In this document: one piece after another, positions 1 to 10,225 of the stretch
How the letters are laid out: each line of letters begins with the position of its first letter
How positions within the stretch are numbered: position 1 is the first letter of the stretch
Assembly: GCA_963789265.1 (NCBI GenBank)
Contig: CAWBKB010000005.1
Span: forward strand, 96,001-160,000
Reading direction: 5' to 3'
Length of the DNA stretch: 64,000 nt
Source of the DNA: an uncultured delta proteobacterium
Lineage (GTDB): Bacteria > Desulfobacterota > Desulfomonilia > Desulfomonilales > Desulfomonilaceae
Notes under the pieces: model-generated
Seen by the model: the letters and a program-made list of their open reading frames with translations, nothing else
What the model was told of the DNA's origin: nothing
Database searches by the model: none
Translations under genes and position numbers: made by a program

Positions 1-47
1 AAGCCCGGTGGCAGAGAAGTTAACATCTCGCCCCTCAGGAGGACAAA

Positions 48-1149
48 ATGACCACGAAATTGTACCTACGACCTACGTGAACAGTTGGATCAGTATTCAG
101 TAGGATTTCCTTCAACCAAATCCGGAGTTGAAATGAAGATCCTTGAGAAGCTCTTCTCAGAAGAGGAGGCCGAACTTTATCTCAACATGAGCATGATGCT
201 CGAAACCCCCGAAGCCGTAGCGCAACGTATAGGGAGGGAGCCTGAAACGGTAGCCGCTCTGTTGGAGCGTATGGTGGACAAGGGCCTAATTTTTAGAGTC
301 AAAAAAGGGGACTCCCCCAAATATGGAGCGGTTCCTTTTGTGGTCGGGTCTTTCGAGTATCAACTCAAAGACATGGACAGGGAGTTTGCGGAACTGTTCG
401 ACCGTTACTTTTTGGAAGCCTTCGGCAAGCAAGGGGTGGGTCAGATACCTCCCCTGAGGCCCATACCGGTCAACAAGGCAATTGATCATTCATGGCCGGT
501 GATGCCGTACGACGATGTGAGAAAACTCTTTGAGGCTAGAGACAAGATCTCAGTGGCTAACTGTATATGTCGGGTCCAGCAAGGGCTTCTGGACAAGGGG
601 TGCGATAAACCGAAGGAGGTCTGCTTCCAGTTTGGAAGCCACGCTCGGTACTACGTTGACAAAGGTATGGCTCGGTTTATCAGCCAGGATGAAGCGCTTC
701 AAATAATCGACCGGTGCGATGAAGCCGGCCTCGTACCGCAGCCATTCGTTTCGCAGGACGCGGGTGGGATGTGTAACTGCTGCGGCGACTGCTGCGGAAT
801 TCTTCGCTCCATCAAATTGCACCCCAAGCCCGCCGAAAAAGTTTTGACCAACTATTTTGCAGCCGTGGACACAGATTCCTGCTCGGCGTGCGAGACCTGC
901 GTGGATCGCTGTCAAATGGACGCGATCAAGATGGGAGTCGACGGCCTGGCCGAAGTTGACCGAGACAGATGCATAGGTTGCGGGTTATGCGTCACAGCGT
1001 GTCCAACCGACGCTCTTTCGCTTAAATCGAAGCCTGAATCGGAACGCCAAGTACCACCTGCGACAGCGAGGGATTATGTGACACAGTTGGCTTCAGCTCG
1101 AGGCACATCGATTATTCCTCTCGCTATGTCAAGGAAGTCGGGAAGCTGA
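48..1149 (+). CDS. 4Fe-4S dicluster (ferredoxin-type) protein with N-terminal helical domain; apparent +1 frameshift near 64-77
   Basis: ORF 85..1149 has CICR, CNCCGDCC, CSACETCVDRC and CIGCGLCVTACP. AGGAGG precedes an out-of-frame ATG at 48; removing one base joins MTTKLY to LREQLDQYSVGFP. Confidence 0.8.
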
Positions 1150-1633
1150 TCTTCATCACTGAATGAAATGAGATTGGAAATCGATCGGTTCGACAATCAT
1201 GATGAATCTTTGGGCTGAGAAAGAATCGTGCGAAACGGCATCAGTCTGCTCTCTTGTTGAAGAGGACGCCAGCCAGCCCCAAAGGTAGAAGGCCGCCACG
1301 GCAAGTATGGAAACAATCTGAGATTAACGAGCATAATAAAGACCGCTGTGGCGGCCTCTTTGCGTTGCCGCTCAATACTAATCTATTCGGCTGAGTCGTT
1401 ACTGTCTCGTTACGCCTCGGTCTGAGTCAACAAGCCTACTTTGAGGTCTTTCTCAAGGTTTGCTCAGGGGTCTCCATCCTTGTGACCATTCTCACCAAGT
1501 CAGGAGAGGGGAAAACGGGCCGGGGAAATTCCTGAGGGCGGACCGGAGACGCAACCGGCACTATTTTTGGCTCGAATTCTTGAAGAAACTGCAGGACGAA
1601 AGAAACTTGACAGAGCGTTATGGACATGCCATT

Positions 1634-1653
1634 TGATGAATGGTCGTTCATTA
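1634..1653. promoter_or_regulatory. Imperfect palindrome, candidate TetR operator
   Basis: TGATGAATGGTCGTTCATTA lies upstream of the TetR gene, downstream of a TTGACA at 1607-1612. Confidence 0.4.
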
Positions 1654-1778
1654 ACACACCATTTCAGCTCCTCTGAAAGAAGACTTGTGCTGCTACATCA
1701 GAGAGCGGAAACGTGAGCGGTTGAAAGCTTGAGACTCCACGTTCCTCCTTCGCCAAAGCTAAGCAGGCGGAATACGCT

Positions 1779-2465
1779 GTGCCAAAACAAGACAACACAA
1801 GAGAAGATCGTGGCGTTAGAAAGAAGAAAATGCTGGCCCTCGCGCGCCATTTGTTTTGGCAAAAGGGTTATAATGCGGTCAGCATGCGAGATTTGTCGCG
1901 AGCATACGGATGCCGCCCGGCCAATCTCTACAATTACTTCAAGACCAAAGAGTCGATCCTTTTCGAAGTGCTGCTGGAAGAAATGGAGCAAATAATTCAA
2001 CCGATTTCCCATCTTGAAGAAGAGGAAGACGGTAACCCTTTAGACCAACTGCGTTTCATCATCTTCAGTCATCTCAGGGTCACCTTGAGCTATCGGCGGT
2101 CTGCAAAAACATTGTTTGATGTAGCTCTGGACAACCTGTCTCCGGCCAACCGCAAAGTCATAATCTCCATGCGAGACGCCTATGACTGCCTAATTAGAAA
2201 GGTGATTCGGAGGGGACAAGAGAAAGGGCTTTTCGCACCGTGTGACGGCAAGCTGGTCGGTTTTATGATCTCTTCCATGATAACTCGTTCCAGGATTTGG
2301 TTTCACCCTAAAAAGGGCGTGACAGTAGATGAGCTGGCTGATTTCATCTTTCGATTTGCTTTGAGGGGCATTCAGTCCACCGATGGCATGCAAAAGGAAC
2401 TTGTGTCGTGCGGAACGATAAGTGATGGGGACAAGCAGGTCGCTATTTGTGGGCTATTGCCGTAG
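1779..2465 (+). CDS. TetR/AcrR family transcriptional regulator
   Basis: N-terminal HTH LFWQKGYNAVSMRDLSRAYGCRPANLYNYFKTKE; KstR2-like C-terminal domain. Confidence 0.9.
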   Translation: MPKQDNTREDRGVRKKKMLALARHLFWQKGYNAVSMRDLSRAYGCRPANLYNYFKTKESILFEVLLEEMEQIIQPISHLEEEEDGNPLDQLRFIIFSHLRVTLSYRRSAKTLFDVALDNLSPANRKVIISMRDAYDCLIRKVIRRGQEKGLFAPCDGKLVGFMISSMITRSRIWFHPKKGVTVDELADFIFRFALRGIQSTDGMQKELVSCGTISDGDKQVAICGLLP

Positions 2466-2491
2466 ATCAATCATTTACGGGAGGGTGAGAA

Positions 2492-3733
2492 ATGAGAAAC
2501 CTAGTAAAGGCTCTGATCGTTTTAGGCTTGGGGTTTGCTTTGGTAGCGATACCATGCGTCAATCCCTCACTTGCGGCTTCTACTGAAAAGCCGATCAAAA
2601 TAGGATTCATACACACCATGAGCGGTGCCATGTCGATGTATGGCATCAGTTCGGAAGCCGGGGCCAAAATCGCCATAAAGGAAATCAACGCGACCGGCGG
2701 TGTGTTGGGCCGCAAACTTGAGCTGATAACCAGAGACGACAAACTTAGCCCCGAGGTAGGCCTGCGAGAGGCAAAGGACCTCATTCTAACTGAACAGGTT
2801 GATTTTCTAACCGGCACCATCAGTCGCGCGGTAGCCTTAGCCATCTCCAGTTATGCAGCAAGGGAAAAGAAAATATTCATTGTCAACGTGTCTCAATCGT
2901 CGGAAATCACGGAAGAGAAATGGAACCCCTATGTATTCCGCATCAACACCAATGCAGTTCCCTACTGGGGGTACACCCCTGCCATCGCTCTGGCCAAGAC
3001 CTGGAAGCCCAAAAAGATTGTAAGTCTAGGATTCGATTATGAGTGCGGTAAGAATTCATTGGCGGCTTTCAAGGAAAAGTACCTAAAGCTGGTTCCTGAC
3101 GCACAGATCATTGATGAATTGTGGGCCCCTTTGGGGACCACCGATTTCACACCTTACATCTCCAAGATAGCCAACTCAGGTGCTGATGCGCTTTTTCTTG
3201 CGTGTGTCTACGGCGGCGGGGAACTCGCCTTTACCAAACAGGCCTACGCCTTTGGACTGTACGACAAGATGAAGATGATCCAACCCTGCGCCGGCGATGT
3301 GGAAACCTGGAGTAATGTAAAGAAGGGTGACCCCTACCCCAAGGGGGCCCTAGCCACTTGCCGTTATCCCTTCTGGGCAATTGACAATCCCAAGAACAAG
3401 GCATTTGTGGAAGAACATAAGAAGATGGTCGGGTTCTGGCCATCTTACGGAGCCATGAACGAGTATGTAACAATGCATGCGTTGAAGAAAGCCATCGAGA
3501 AGGTAGGCTCGGTTGATACTGAAAAATTAATCAAGGCATTGGCAGGCATGAAACTGCACACTTTCATGGGTACGGTTTTGCTTCGCGCCTACGATCACCA
3601 GGCCATGATGCCGAACTGGTACGGCATTATAGCGTTCACACCTGATCTCCCGTTTCCCCATATCACCGACACCCACATCATAGGCGAAGAAGGTTATCAC
3701 ACCGTCGAACAGATCAAGAATCTGCGAAAATAG
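2492..3733 (+). CDS. Branched-chain amino acid (HAAT) ABC transporter substrate-binding protein
   Basis: Signal peptide; PIKIG, INATGGVLGRKLEL, GTTDFTPYISKI and DHQA motifs. Confidence 0.9.
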   Translation: MRNLVKALIVLGLGFALVAIPCVNPSLAASTEKPIKIGFIHTMSGAMSMYGISSEAGAKIAIKEINATGGVLGRKLELITRDDKLSPEVGLREAKDLILTEQVDFLTGTISRAVALAISSYAAREKKIFIVNVSQSSEITEEKWNPYVFRINTNAVPYWGYTPAIALAKTWKPKKIVSLGFDYECGKNSLAAFKEKYLKLVPDAQIIDELWAPLGTTDFTPYISKIANSGADALFLACVYGGGELAFTKQAYAFGLYDKMKMIQPCAGDVETWSNVKKGDPYPKGALATCRYPFWAIDNPKNKAFVEEHKKMVGFWPSYGAMNEYVTMHALKKAIEKVGSVDTEKLIKALAGMKLHTFMGTVLLRAYDHQAMMPNWYGIIAFTPDLPFPHITDTHIIGEEGYHTVEQIKNLRK

Positions 3734-3757
3734 CTAACCGTGATCTAAGAATTATCC

Positions 3758-3779
3758 GGGGCGGGCTCTTGCCTGCCCC
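3758..3779 (+). terminator. GC-rich intergenic hairpin after the binding-protein gene (stabiliser or partial terminator)
   Basis: GGGGCGGGC-TCTT-GCCTGCCCC; no U-tract. Confidence 0.45.
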
Positions 3780-3802
3780 AAGATCGGCAAGAGAGAAAGA
3801 AT

Positions 3803-4681
3803 ATGACTCTGGAGGCCGCTCTTGGACAAGCTCTCAGTGGTATCAGCCTGGGGATGGTCTGGTTTCTTATAGCGGCCGGGCTGTCAATCATTTTCGGAAC
3901 CCTGAAGATACTGAACATGGCCCACGGCTCGATCTATATGCTCGGCGGGTTCCTCTGTTATCAGGTCACGTCCGCGTTTTCCCATATCCCGGGGATCTTT
4001 TGGCTCGCCCTCCTGGTTGCGCCCCTCGTCACTGCACTGGTTGGGGGATGCATTGAAATTTTGCTACTGAGGCGCATTTACGGTCTGGATATGATCTACC
4101 AGTACCTACTCACCTTTGGATTAATTTTGATAGTGGGAGAGGTCTGCAAGCTTATTTGGGGAGTAGGGTACAATACGGTTACGGTGCCTTGGCCGTTGAA
4201 AGGTACCGTGAGCCTGTTCGGATTATCGTTTCCTAAATACAATCTCTTTCTGATCGGTATGGGGGGCCTTGTTTTTGTGGGGCTGCAGGCGCTCATAGGT
4301 GCCACTAGTTTGGGGGCCATCGTTAGAGCCGTTACTCACAACCGAGAGATCGCCAACGCTTTGGGCATAAACGTCCCCAAAGTCTACACCGGGGTCTTCA
4401 TGCTCGGGTGTTGGCTGGCCGGGCTTGCCGGTACCTTGATGCCCCCCATGTCAGTGGTGGCGCTCGGGGCCGACGTGTCGGTTATTATAGACTGCTTCAT
4501 TATTGTGGTAATCGGCGGGCTGGGTAGCATACCGGGCGCTTTCTTGGGGGCGATCATTCTGGGCTTCACCACGGCCTTTGGGCTTTACATCATACCCAAA
4601 CTGGCAGTGGCCTTCGGCTTCATTCTGATGATCATTGTCCTGATAATTCGTCCACGAGGGCTGATGGGAGAGCCTGATTGA
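3803..4681 (+). CDS. livH: HAAT ABC transporter permease (LivH-like)
   Basis: GLSIIFG..LNMAHG and VVIGGLGSIPGA motifs; hydrophobic. Confidence 0.9.
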   Translation: MTLEAALGQALSGISLGMVWFLIAAGLSIIFGTLKILNMAHGSIYMLGGFLCYQVTSAFSHIPGIFWLALLVAPLVTALVGGCIEILLLRRIYGLDMIYQYLLTFGLILIVGEVCKLIWGVGYNTVTVPWPLKGTVSLFGLSFPKYNLFLIGMGGLVFVGLQALIGATSLGAIVRAVTHNREIANALGINVPKVYTGVFMLGCWLAGLAGTLMPPMSVVALGADVSVIIDCFIIVVIGGLGSIPGAFLGAIILGFTTAFGLYIIPKLAVAFGFILMIIVLIIRPRGLMGEPD

Positions 4682-5637
4682 TGGAAGAGACAAAAGCCAA
4701 CCCGTGTTGGCTGCACGGCCGGGCCCTGAGAGCCGTTCTCATATCGATCATTCTTGCTTTGCTTATCGCCTTGCCCGCGCTCATCGGCGAGAGTTGGTTG
4801 AACATAACCATCGAGATACTGATAATGGCACTGGCAGCCTGCTCTTTGAACTTGATGTTGGGCTATACAGGGATGGTCTCATTTGGGCCTGCCGGCCTGT
4901 ACGCAGTGGGAGCATATACAACCGCTATCCTGTTGACCAAGTTGAAGATGAACATCGTGCTGGCAATGATAGCTGCCCCGATAATGGCTGCGATCATAGG
5001 CTGTGCTGTGGGATGGATTTGCGTCAGAAGAACAAAGGTTTACTTCGCTTTATTGACACTGGCCTTCTCCCAGATCATCTGGACGATAATCTTCGAATGG
5101 TACTCCGTTACCGGAGGAGATAACGGAATAGTATCTATCCCCACTCCGGAATTCCTTTTTCCCATTGTCAATTCCTATTACTTATGTTTGGCCTTAGTGA
5201 GCTGCTGCATTTTCGCTCTGTGGAGGATTGTCAACTCTCCCTTCGGTCGAACTCTACAGGCGATCCGCGAGAATCCCGACCGAGTGGAGTTTATTGGGGT
5301 GAATCTGAAGAGATTCCAGCTAGCGGCATTTGTCCTTTCGAGCACCTTCTTAGGCATTGCTGGAAGCCTCTATTGCGTCTTTAGCGGCAGTGCTTTCCCG
5401 GATTACGCCAATTGGACAAAATCCACCGACATGCTGGTCATGTGTCTCTTGGGAGGCATATACCATTTCTCAGGACCTTTGGCTGGAAGTGCCATATACA
5501 CGATTCTCGCAAAGACCTTTTCCAAGCATACCATGCACTGGAACCTCATTCTGGGAGTGGCTATAGTGTTGATGGTTTTATTGATGAGAAATGGAGTAGT
5601 AGGATTTGTGACCGAGAAGCTATTCCGAAAAAAATGA
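4678..5637 (+). CDS. livM: HAAT ABC transporter permease (LivM-like)
   Basis: GYTGMVSFG, YFALLTLAF, TGGDNG and SPFGRTLQAIREN motifs. Confidence 0.9.
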   Translation: MMEETKANPCWLHGRALRAVLISIILALLIALPALIGESWLNITIEILIMALAACSLNLMLGYTGMVSFGPAGLYAVGAYTTAILLTKLKMNIVLAMIAAPIMAAIIGCAVGWICVRRTKVYFALLTLAFSQIIWTIIFEWYSVTGGDNGIVSIPTPEFLFPIVNSYYLCLALVSCCIFALWRIVNSPFGRTLQAIRENPDRVEFIGVNLKRFQLAAFVLSSTFLGIAGSLYCVFSGSAFPDYANWTKSTDMLVMCLLGGIYHFSGPLAGSAIYTILAKTFSKHTMHWNLILGVAIVLMVLLMRNGVVGFVTEKLFRKK

Positions 5638-5664
5638 GCCAAAACTTGTGCTAAGGACAAGAGA

Positions 5665-6408
5665 ATGCTGCTGGAAATTAAAGGACTTAGGAAATCTTTC
5701 GGTGGTTTGAGGGCGGTATTCGGGGTTGACCTTCAGGTTAACGAGAATGAGATTGTTTCAATAATTGGTCCAAACGGAGCGGGCAAGTCCACGCTCTTCA
5801 ACCTTGTTACCGGCCATGTCCGCGTTGACAAGGGGGCAGTATATTTCAAGGGCAAGGACGTAACGCGGCTGGCACCTTACGAGATTTCTCGCCTGGGCAT
5901 AGGGCGCTCCTTTCAGAAGCTGAACATATTCCCTCGACTCAGCACCTTCCAAAACGTTCAGGTAGCCTTGTTTTCGGGCAAGGGTCTAAATCGAAGCCTC
6001 TTTTCTCGCGCCGAGACCACTCTTACCGAGGAGGTCGAAGACATCCTGGCAAGTGTGGGCTTGGGCGACCGGGCGGGCACTCCAGGTGGGCTACTCGCGC
6101 ACGGCGACCAGAAGCGGCTTGAGATAGGCATAGCCCTCGCCCTCAGCCCTGAGCTTCTGCTTCTGGACGAGCCTACGCAGGGCATGAGCCCTCGGGAGAC
6201 ATCCCAGACTACTGAATTGATCCACGAGCTCGTCAAAAAAAGGGGGATAGGTCTCGCCTTTGTTGAACACGATATGAAGGTGGTCTTCAGTATCTCCGAC
6301 AAGATATACGTGATGCATCAAGGCATGATTATTTTTTGCGGTAAACCCAGTGAAGTCAGGTCCAATCAGGAAGTACAGAACATTTATCTGGGAAAGGAAA
6401 AGGGGTAG
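5665..6408 (+). CDS. livG: HAAT ABC transporter ATP-binding protein (LivG-like)
   Basis: Walker A GPNGAGKST, LLLLDEP, EHD. Confidence 0.92.
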   Translation: MLLEIKGLRKSFGGLRAVFGVDLQVNENEIVSIIGPNGAGKSTLFNLVTGHVRVDKGAVYFKGKDVTRLAPYEISRLGIGRSFQKLNIFPRLSTFQNVQVALFSGKGLNRSLFSRAETTLTEEVEDILASVGLGDRAGTPGGLLAHGDQKRLEIGIALALSPELLLLDEPTQGMSPRETSQTTELIHELVKKRGIGLAFVEHDMKVVFSISDKIYVMHQGMIIFCGKPSEVRSNQEVQNIYLGKEKG

Positions 6409-7109
6409 TGCTGCTCGAGGTTGAGAATATTCAGACTTACTACGAATCCACCCAGATACTTTTCGGTGTGAGCCTGGAGGTGGATAAGGGAGAGACCGTG
6501 TGCATCTTAGGGCGAAATGGTATGGGCAAGACCACTCTGCTACGGAGCATCATCGGCCTTACGCCGCCACGCCGAGGTACCATCCGGTTACAAGGGGCCA
6601 GAGTTACTGGCAAACAGCCTTTCAGGATCGCCCGACTCGGAGTTGGGTTCGTCCCGGAAGATAGGGAGATCTTCCCCAACCTGACCGTGAGAGAGAACCT
6701 TGAGATATCCGCAATGAAGCAAAATGGAGCAAACTCTTGGGACCTGGACAAAGTCTATGCTCTGTTCCCGATACTGAAGGCGAGGGATAAGCAGTGGGGA
6801 GGCACCCTATCCGGTGGCGAACAGCAGATGCTGACAATTGCCCGGACACTGATGGGGAATCCCACTTTGTTGTTGCTGGATGAGCCCTCAGAGGGCTTGG
6901 CTCCGCTGGTGGTTGAGGCCATAAAGGAGCAGATCGTGCGCATTCAGCAAGAGGGAATGACCATCATTCTTTCCGAGCAGAACTCGGTGACGGCCCTTGA
7001 AGTTTCCCAAAGAGCCTACATTTTGGAAAAGGGTCAGGTCAGTTGGCAGGGCAGGACATCGGAACTCGCTGCAAACCCGCAAATCATGGAAAAATACCTG
7101 GGGGTTTAA
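6408..7109 (+). CDS. livF: HAAT ABC transporter ATP-binding protein (LivF-like)
   Basis: GRNGMGKTT, LSGGEQQML, DEPSEGLAP, EQN, C-terminal YLG. Confidence 0.92.
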   Translation: MLLEVENIQTYYESTQILFGVSLEVDKGETVCILGRNGMGKTTLLRSIIGLTPPRRGTIRLQGARVTGKQPFRIARLGVGFVPEDREIFPNLTVRENLEISAMKQNGANSWDLDKVYALFPILKARDKQWGGTLSGGEQQMLTIARTLMGNPTLLLLDEPSEGLAPLVVEAIKEQIVRIQQEGMTIILSEQNSVTALEVSQRAYILEKGQVSWQGRTSELAANPQIMEKYLGV

Positions 7110-7791
7110 GTGTCTTGCTCCGCAAAGAGAGGCACTAATTCTCCGGCCACCACCCCTGTTGTACCCGGCTCAAACAAATAAGCTGGGTGATGTGGCCTTG
7201 ACCCATCTTCTACAGTTGAGGCCCGTTTTTTGCGTCTTGTGCCACCTAACCCCCTGTAATTACGTGGGCCACTCTCGCCGGAAGGCAACAACATGGTGCC
7301 ACGTCTCGGCAATATGGCACCTGACATCAACGAATTTTATGATAGTTTGCATGGTGTTAGCGCAAAGAAAACGCCTTACTGGGAACCGCATGAGCCTTTG
7401 CGCCGATAGTCCTGCCGCAACACCAAAGGAGTCGATCCGATGCAAGCAGAAGTCCCCCGAAGAAACCATGCTGGAAAGGATGTCGTCTTCGGGGTGCTTC
7501 TGTTAGTTCACCGACCAGTCCCTCTGCACACCGGCGCTTTCGATCACCACGTTATAGACTGTTGGCGGCTTCAGATGAGGCTTGGAATACTGAGGTTACT
7601 CAAGACCGCACCAATGGCACCCCTGGAAGATCGGAAAACCTGGTGCCACAAGTGACCACTGCTCTCGTAACATATTGAAATAGCAAAGCTATCATAACTG
7701 CGGTGTAGAAGTTGGGCCATAGTGAGCGCATGCCGCACCGCCATTAGAAATCATGCGGGCGTTTGGCCTGAGGATCAACTGACCAGCGCCA

Positions 7792-9057
7792 TCAGTCCGC
7801 CCTCTTCTTGAACAGGAACGCGGCGAGCCCCAGGTAAAAGACGGCCATGGCAAGCATAGGTATGATCTGAGGCCAGAGGACGTCCCACCCGATCCCTTTC
7901 AAAAAGACTCCGCGTACGATGATTATGAAGTAACGAAGAGGATCCAAGTAGGTCAGGTATTGGACCACCGGCGGCATATTCTCGATCGGGAACGCATAAC
8001 CCGAAAGCAGAGTCGCAGGCTGCAAGAACATGAACGATGTTAGGATCGCCTGCTGTTGAGTCTTGCAAAATGTGGAAATTGTCATCCCGACTCCGGCAAT
8101 AATTACAAGAAAGAGGACCGCGGTCGCAAAGAAAAAAGGCATGGATCCTCTGAACGGAATATCGAATATCAGGAATGCCAGCGTGACAATTACGGTCATA
8201 GTTATTACTTCGATAATGAAGCAAGGGATAGTCTTACCCAGGATCAGCTCAAACCGCGCTATGGGTGCCACCATAAGCTGTTCTATGGTTCCGATTTCTT
8301 TCTCCCGGACTATGAGCGCGGACGTGAGGATGGTGGTCCCGGCCATCAGAATGATCACGACTACTCCGGGGACGAAAAAGTCCTTAGAGTTCAGATTAGG
8401 GTTGAACCATGAGCGGCTGGCTTCAGACGCGGAGGGTACTATGAGATGAGGAGTGGCGGTTTCGAAAAGTTGGCCCTGCATCTGGTTGATTCGTTGGTCC
8501 ATAATATCTTGGGAAAAGCGTTCGAGGATAGATTCGGCATACCCGGATACGGTTCCCGCGGTAGTCGTGTCTACGCCGTCGATAAGTATCCCCACCTGCG
8601 CGGTTCGCATCGCCTTTATGCGTCGTTCCAGGTCCGGAGGGATAAGAATGGCCATACCGGCTTTCCCGGTTTCCAGCCATCTGTCCGCTTTGTCATACGA
8701 GCCGACCATTTGCTTGATCGTGAAATATCCTGACCGAGAGAAGGCTTCAATGATCTGTCGGCTGAGGACGCTTCTGTCCATGTCGGCTACCACTGTGGAA
8801 ACATCTCGAACGTCCAATCGGCTGGCGAAACCAAATACTAAGAGTTGGAGTATGGGAGCAATCATCATCAGAGATAAATTCTGTCGACTGCGCCTTATGT
8901 GAGTGAATTCCTTGCGGACAATACACCGTATCCGCCTCGCGGATAGACGGATGGCTTCGAGAGATGCGCGGAGGCCGGTACCGTTCTTGCCTGATGAACC
9001 CAACTCGGCGCCTGAACGTTGTCCCGACGTGTTTGAATCGGAAAAGGCCATGATCAT
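7792..9057 (-). CDS. ABC-2 type exporter permease (YbhR-like)
   Basis: FNPNLNS..FFVPG, REKEIGTIEQLMVAP, LLSGYAFPIENMP. Confidence 0.9.
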   Translation of the reverse strand: MIMAFSDSNTSGQRSGAELGSSGKNGTGLRASLEAIRLSARRIRCIVRKEFTHIRRSRQNLSLMMIAPILQLLVFGFASRLDVRDVSTVVADMDRSVLSRQIIEAFSRSGYFTIKQMVGSYDKADRWLETGKAGMAILIPPDLERRIKAMRTAQVGILIDGVDTTTAGTVSGYAESILERFSQDIMDQRINQMQGQLFETATPHLIVPSASEASRSWFNPNLNSKDFFVPGVVVIILMAGTTILTSALIVREKEIGTIEQLMVAPIARFELILGKTIPCFIIEVITMTVIVTLAFLIFDIPFRGSMPFFFATAVLFLVIIAGVGMTISTFCKTQQQAILTSFMFLQPATLLSGYAFPIENMPPVVQYLTYLDPLRYFIIIVRGVFLKGIGWDVLWPQIIPMLAMAVFYLGLAAFLFKKRAD

Positions 9058-10190
9058 CCCAGAGTTTTCCTCAACTTCCTGGTTGCAAGGGTTGTCACAA
9101 GTAGCGCGAAAATTACGAGCATGGCTGTTGGTACCATGATCGCTCCTATTCCCACTCCCTTGAGGTATATCGCGCGTAATACCGTCACAAAGTGTCGGGC
9201 CGGGACCAAATAGGTGATTATTTGCAGAGCATCCGGCATGTTGGAAATGGGAAACACGAAGCCGGAAAGGAGAAAAGAAGGTAGAAAAGTACCCAGAAGC
9301 GCCAACTGAGTGGCAAAGAACTGATTCGATGCCACCACCGAAATCAGGAAGCCCAAAGACATGGCCCCGATCAGAAAGAGGCTCGAAACCAGGAACATCA
9401 GCAATAGACTCCCTCTTAACGGCACACCGAAGACGTACTGCCCCATGAGATAAACCATCAGCAGGTCCAGATATCCGAGCGCAAAATATGGTAGGAGTTT
9501 GCCAACGATCAGCTCATTTGGCTTCACGGGTGTTGAAATGAGCTGTTCCATGGTCCCGGTCTCCCGTTCCCTTACTATGGTCAGGGATGTAAGCAACGCG
9601 GCTATGACCATCATGATGATGGCAATGAGGCCGGGGATGATGTTATTCCGACTTTTAAGCTCGGGGTTATACAGCAGCCTTATGCAAGGTTGCACCGGCG
9701 GTACGACTCTCTGTTCCACCGACTGCCTTACCAGAGCCTTTTTGCGGAAGTCTTCGTCAAAGGTTGCCATGATCGTTTCAAGGTACACAATGGCCAAGCC
9801 GGCTCGCGTGGAATCGGAACCGTCGACTATGGCCTGAACCCGGTTCATTCTGCCCTTTTTCAGATTTCGGCTGAAATCCCAGGGGATCACAACACCAACA
9901 TGCGCGTCTGTCTTATCCACCGCTTTAACGATAGGCGTATATGATTGGGTGGGGAGGACCAAGGTAAAGTATCCGGAGCTTGTGATGCGGTCTATAAGCT
10001 CCCTTGACTGGGCACTCTGATCTTGATCCCAGACGGCGAGAGGGATTTTGTCCACATCAAGAGAAAGCGCATAACCGAAAAGGACCATGAGCATGACAGG
10101 AATGCCAAGAGCGAGATATAGAGAGCGCGAATCTCTGACAATCTGTCTGGCCTCTTTGCGAGCCACGGCAAAGGTACGATGAATGTTCAT
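9054..10190 (-). CDS. ABC-2 type exporter permease (YbhS-like)
   Basis: KEARQIVRD, YNPELKS, RERETGTMEQLISTP, LLSGFVFPISNMP. Confidence 0.9.
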   Translation of the reverse strand: MNIHRTFAVARKEARQIVRDSRSLYLALGIPVMLMVLFGYALSLDVDKIPLAVWDQDQSAQSRELIDRITSSGYFTLVLPTQSYTPIVKAVDKTDAHVGVVIPWDFSRNLKKGRMNRVQAIVDGSDSTRAGLAIVYLETIMATFDEDFRKKALVRQSVEQRVVPPVQPCIRLLYNPELKSRNNIIPGLIAIIMMVIAALLTSLTIVRERETGTMEQLISTPVKPNELIVGKLLPYFALGYLDLLMVYLMGQYVFGVPLRGSLLLMFLVSSLFLIGAMSLGFLISVVASNQFFATQLALLGTFLPSFLLSGFVFPISNMPDALQIITYLVPARHFVTVLRAIYLKGVGIGAIMVPTAMLVIFALLVTTLATRKLRKTLG

Positions 10191-10225
10191 TATCTATTCA
10201 ATAGCCCATTTTTGTGCGAATCGTG

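Noticed and set aside
64..77. 7-bp tandem ACCTACG x2 as a phase-variation switch
   Set aside because: Loss of one unit would restore the frame, but a single extra base explains it equally well and matches the other +1 sites; cannot be resolved without reads.
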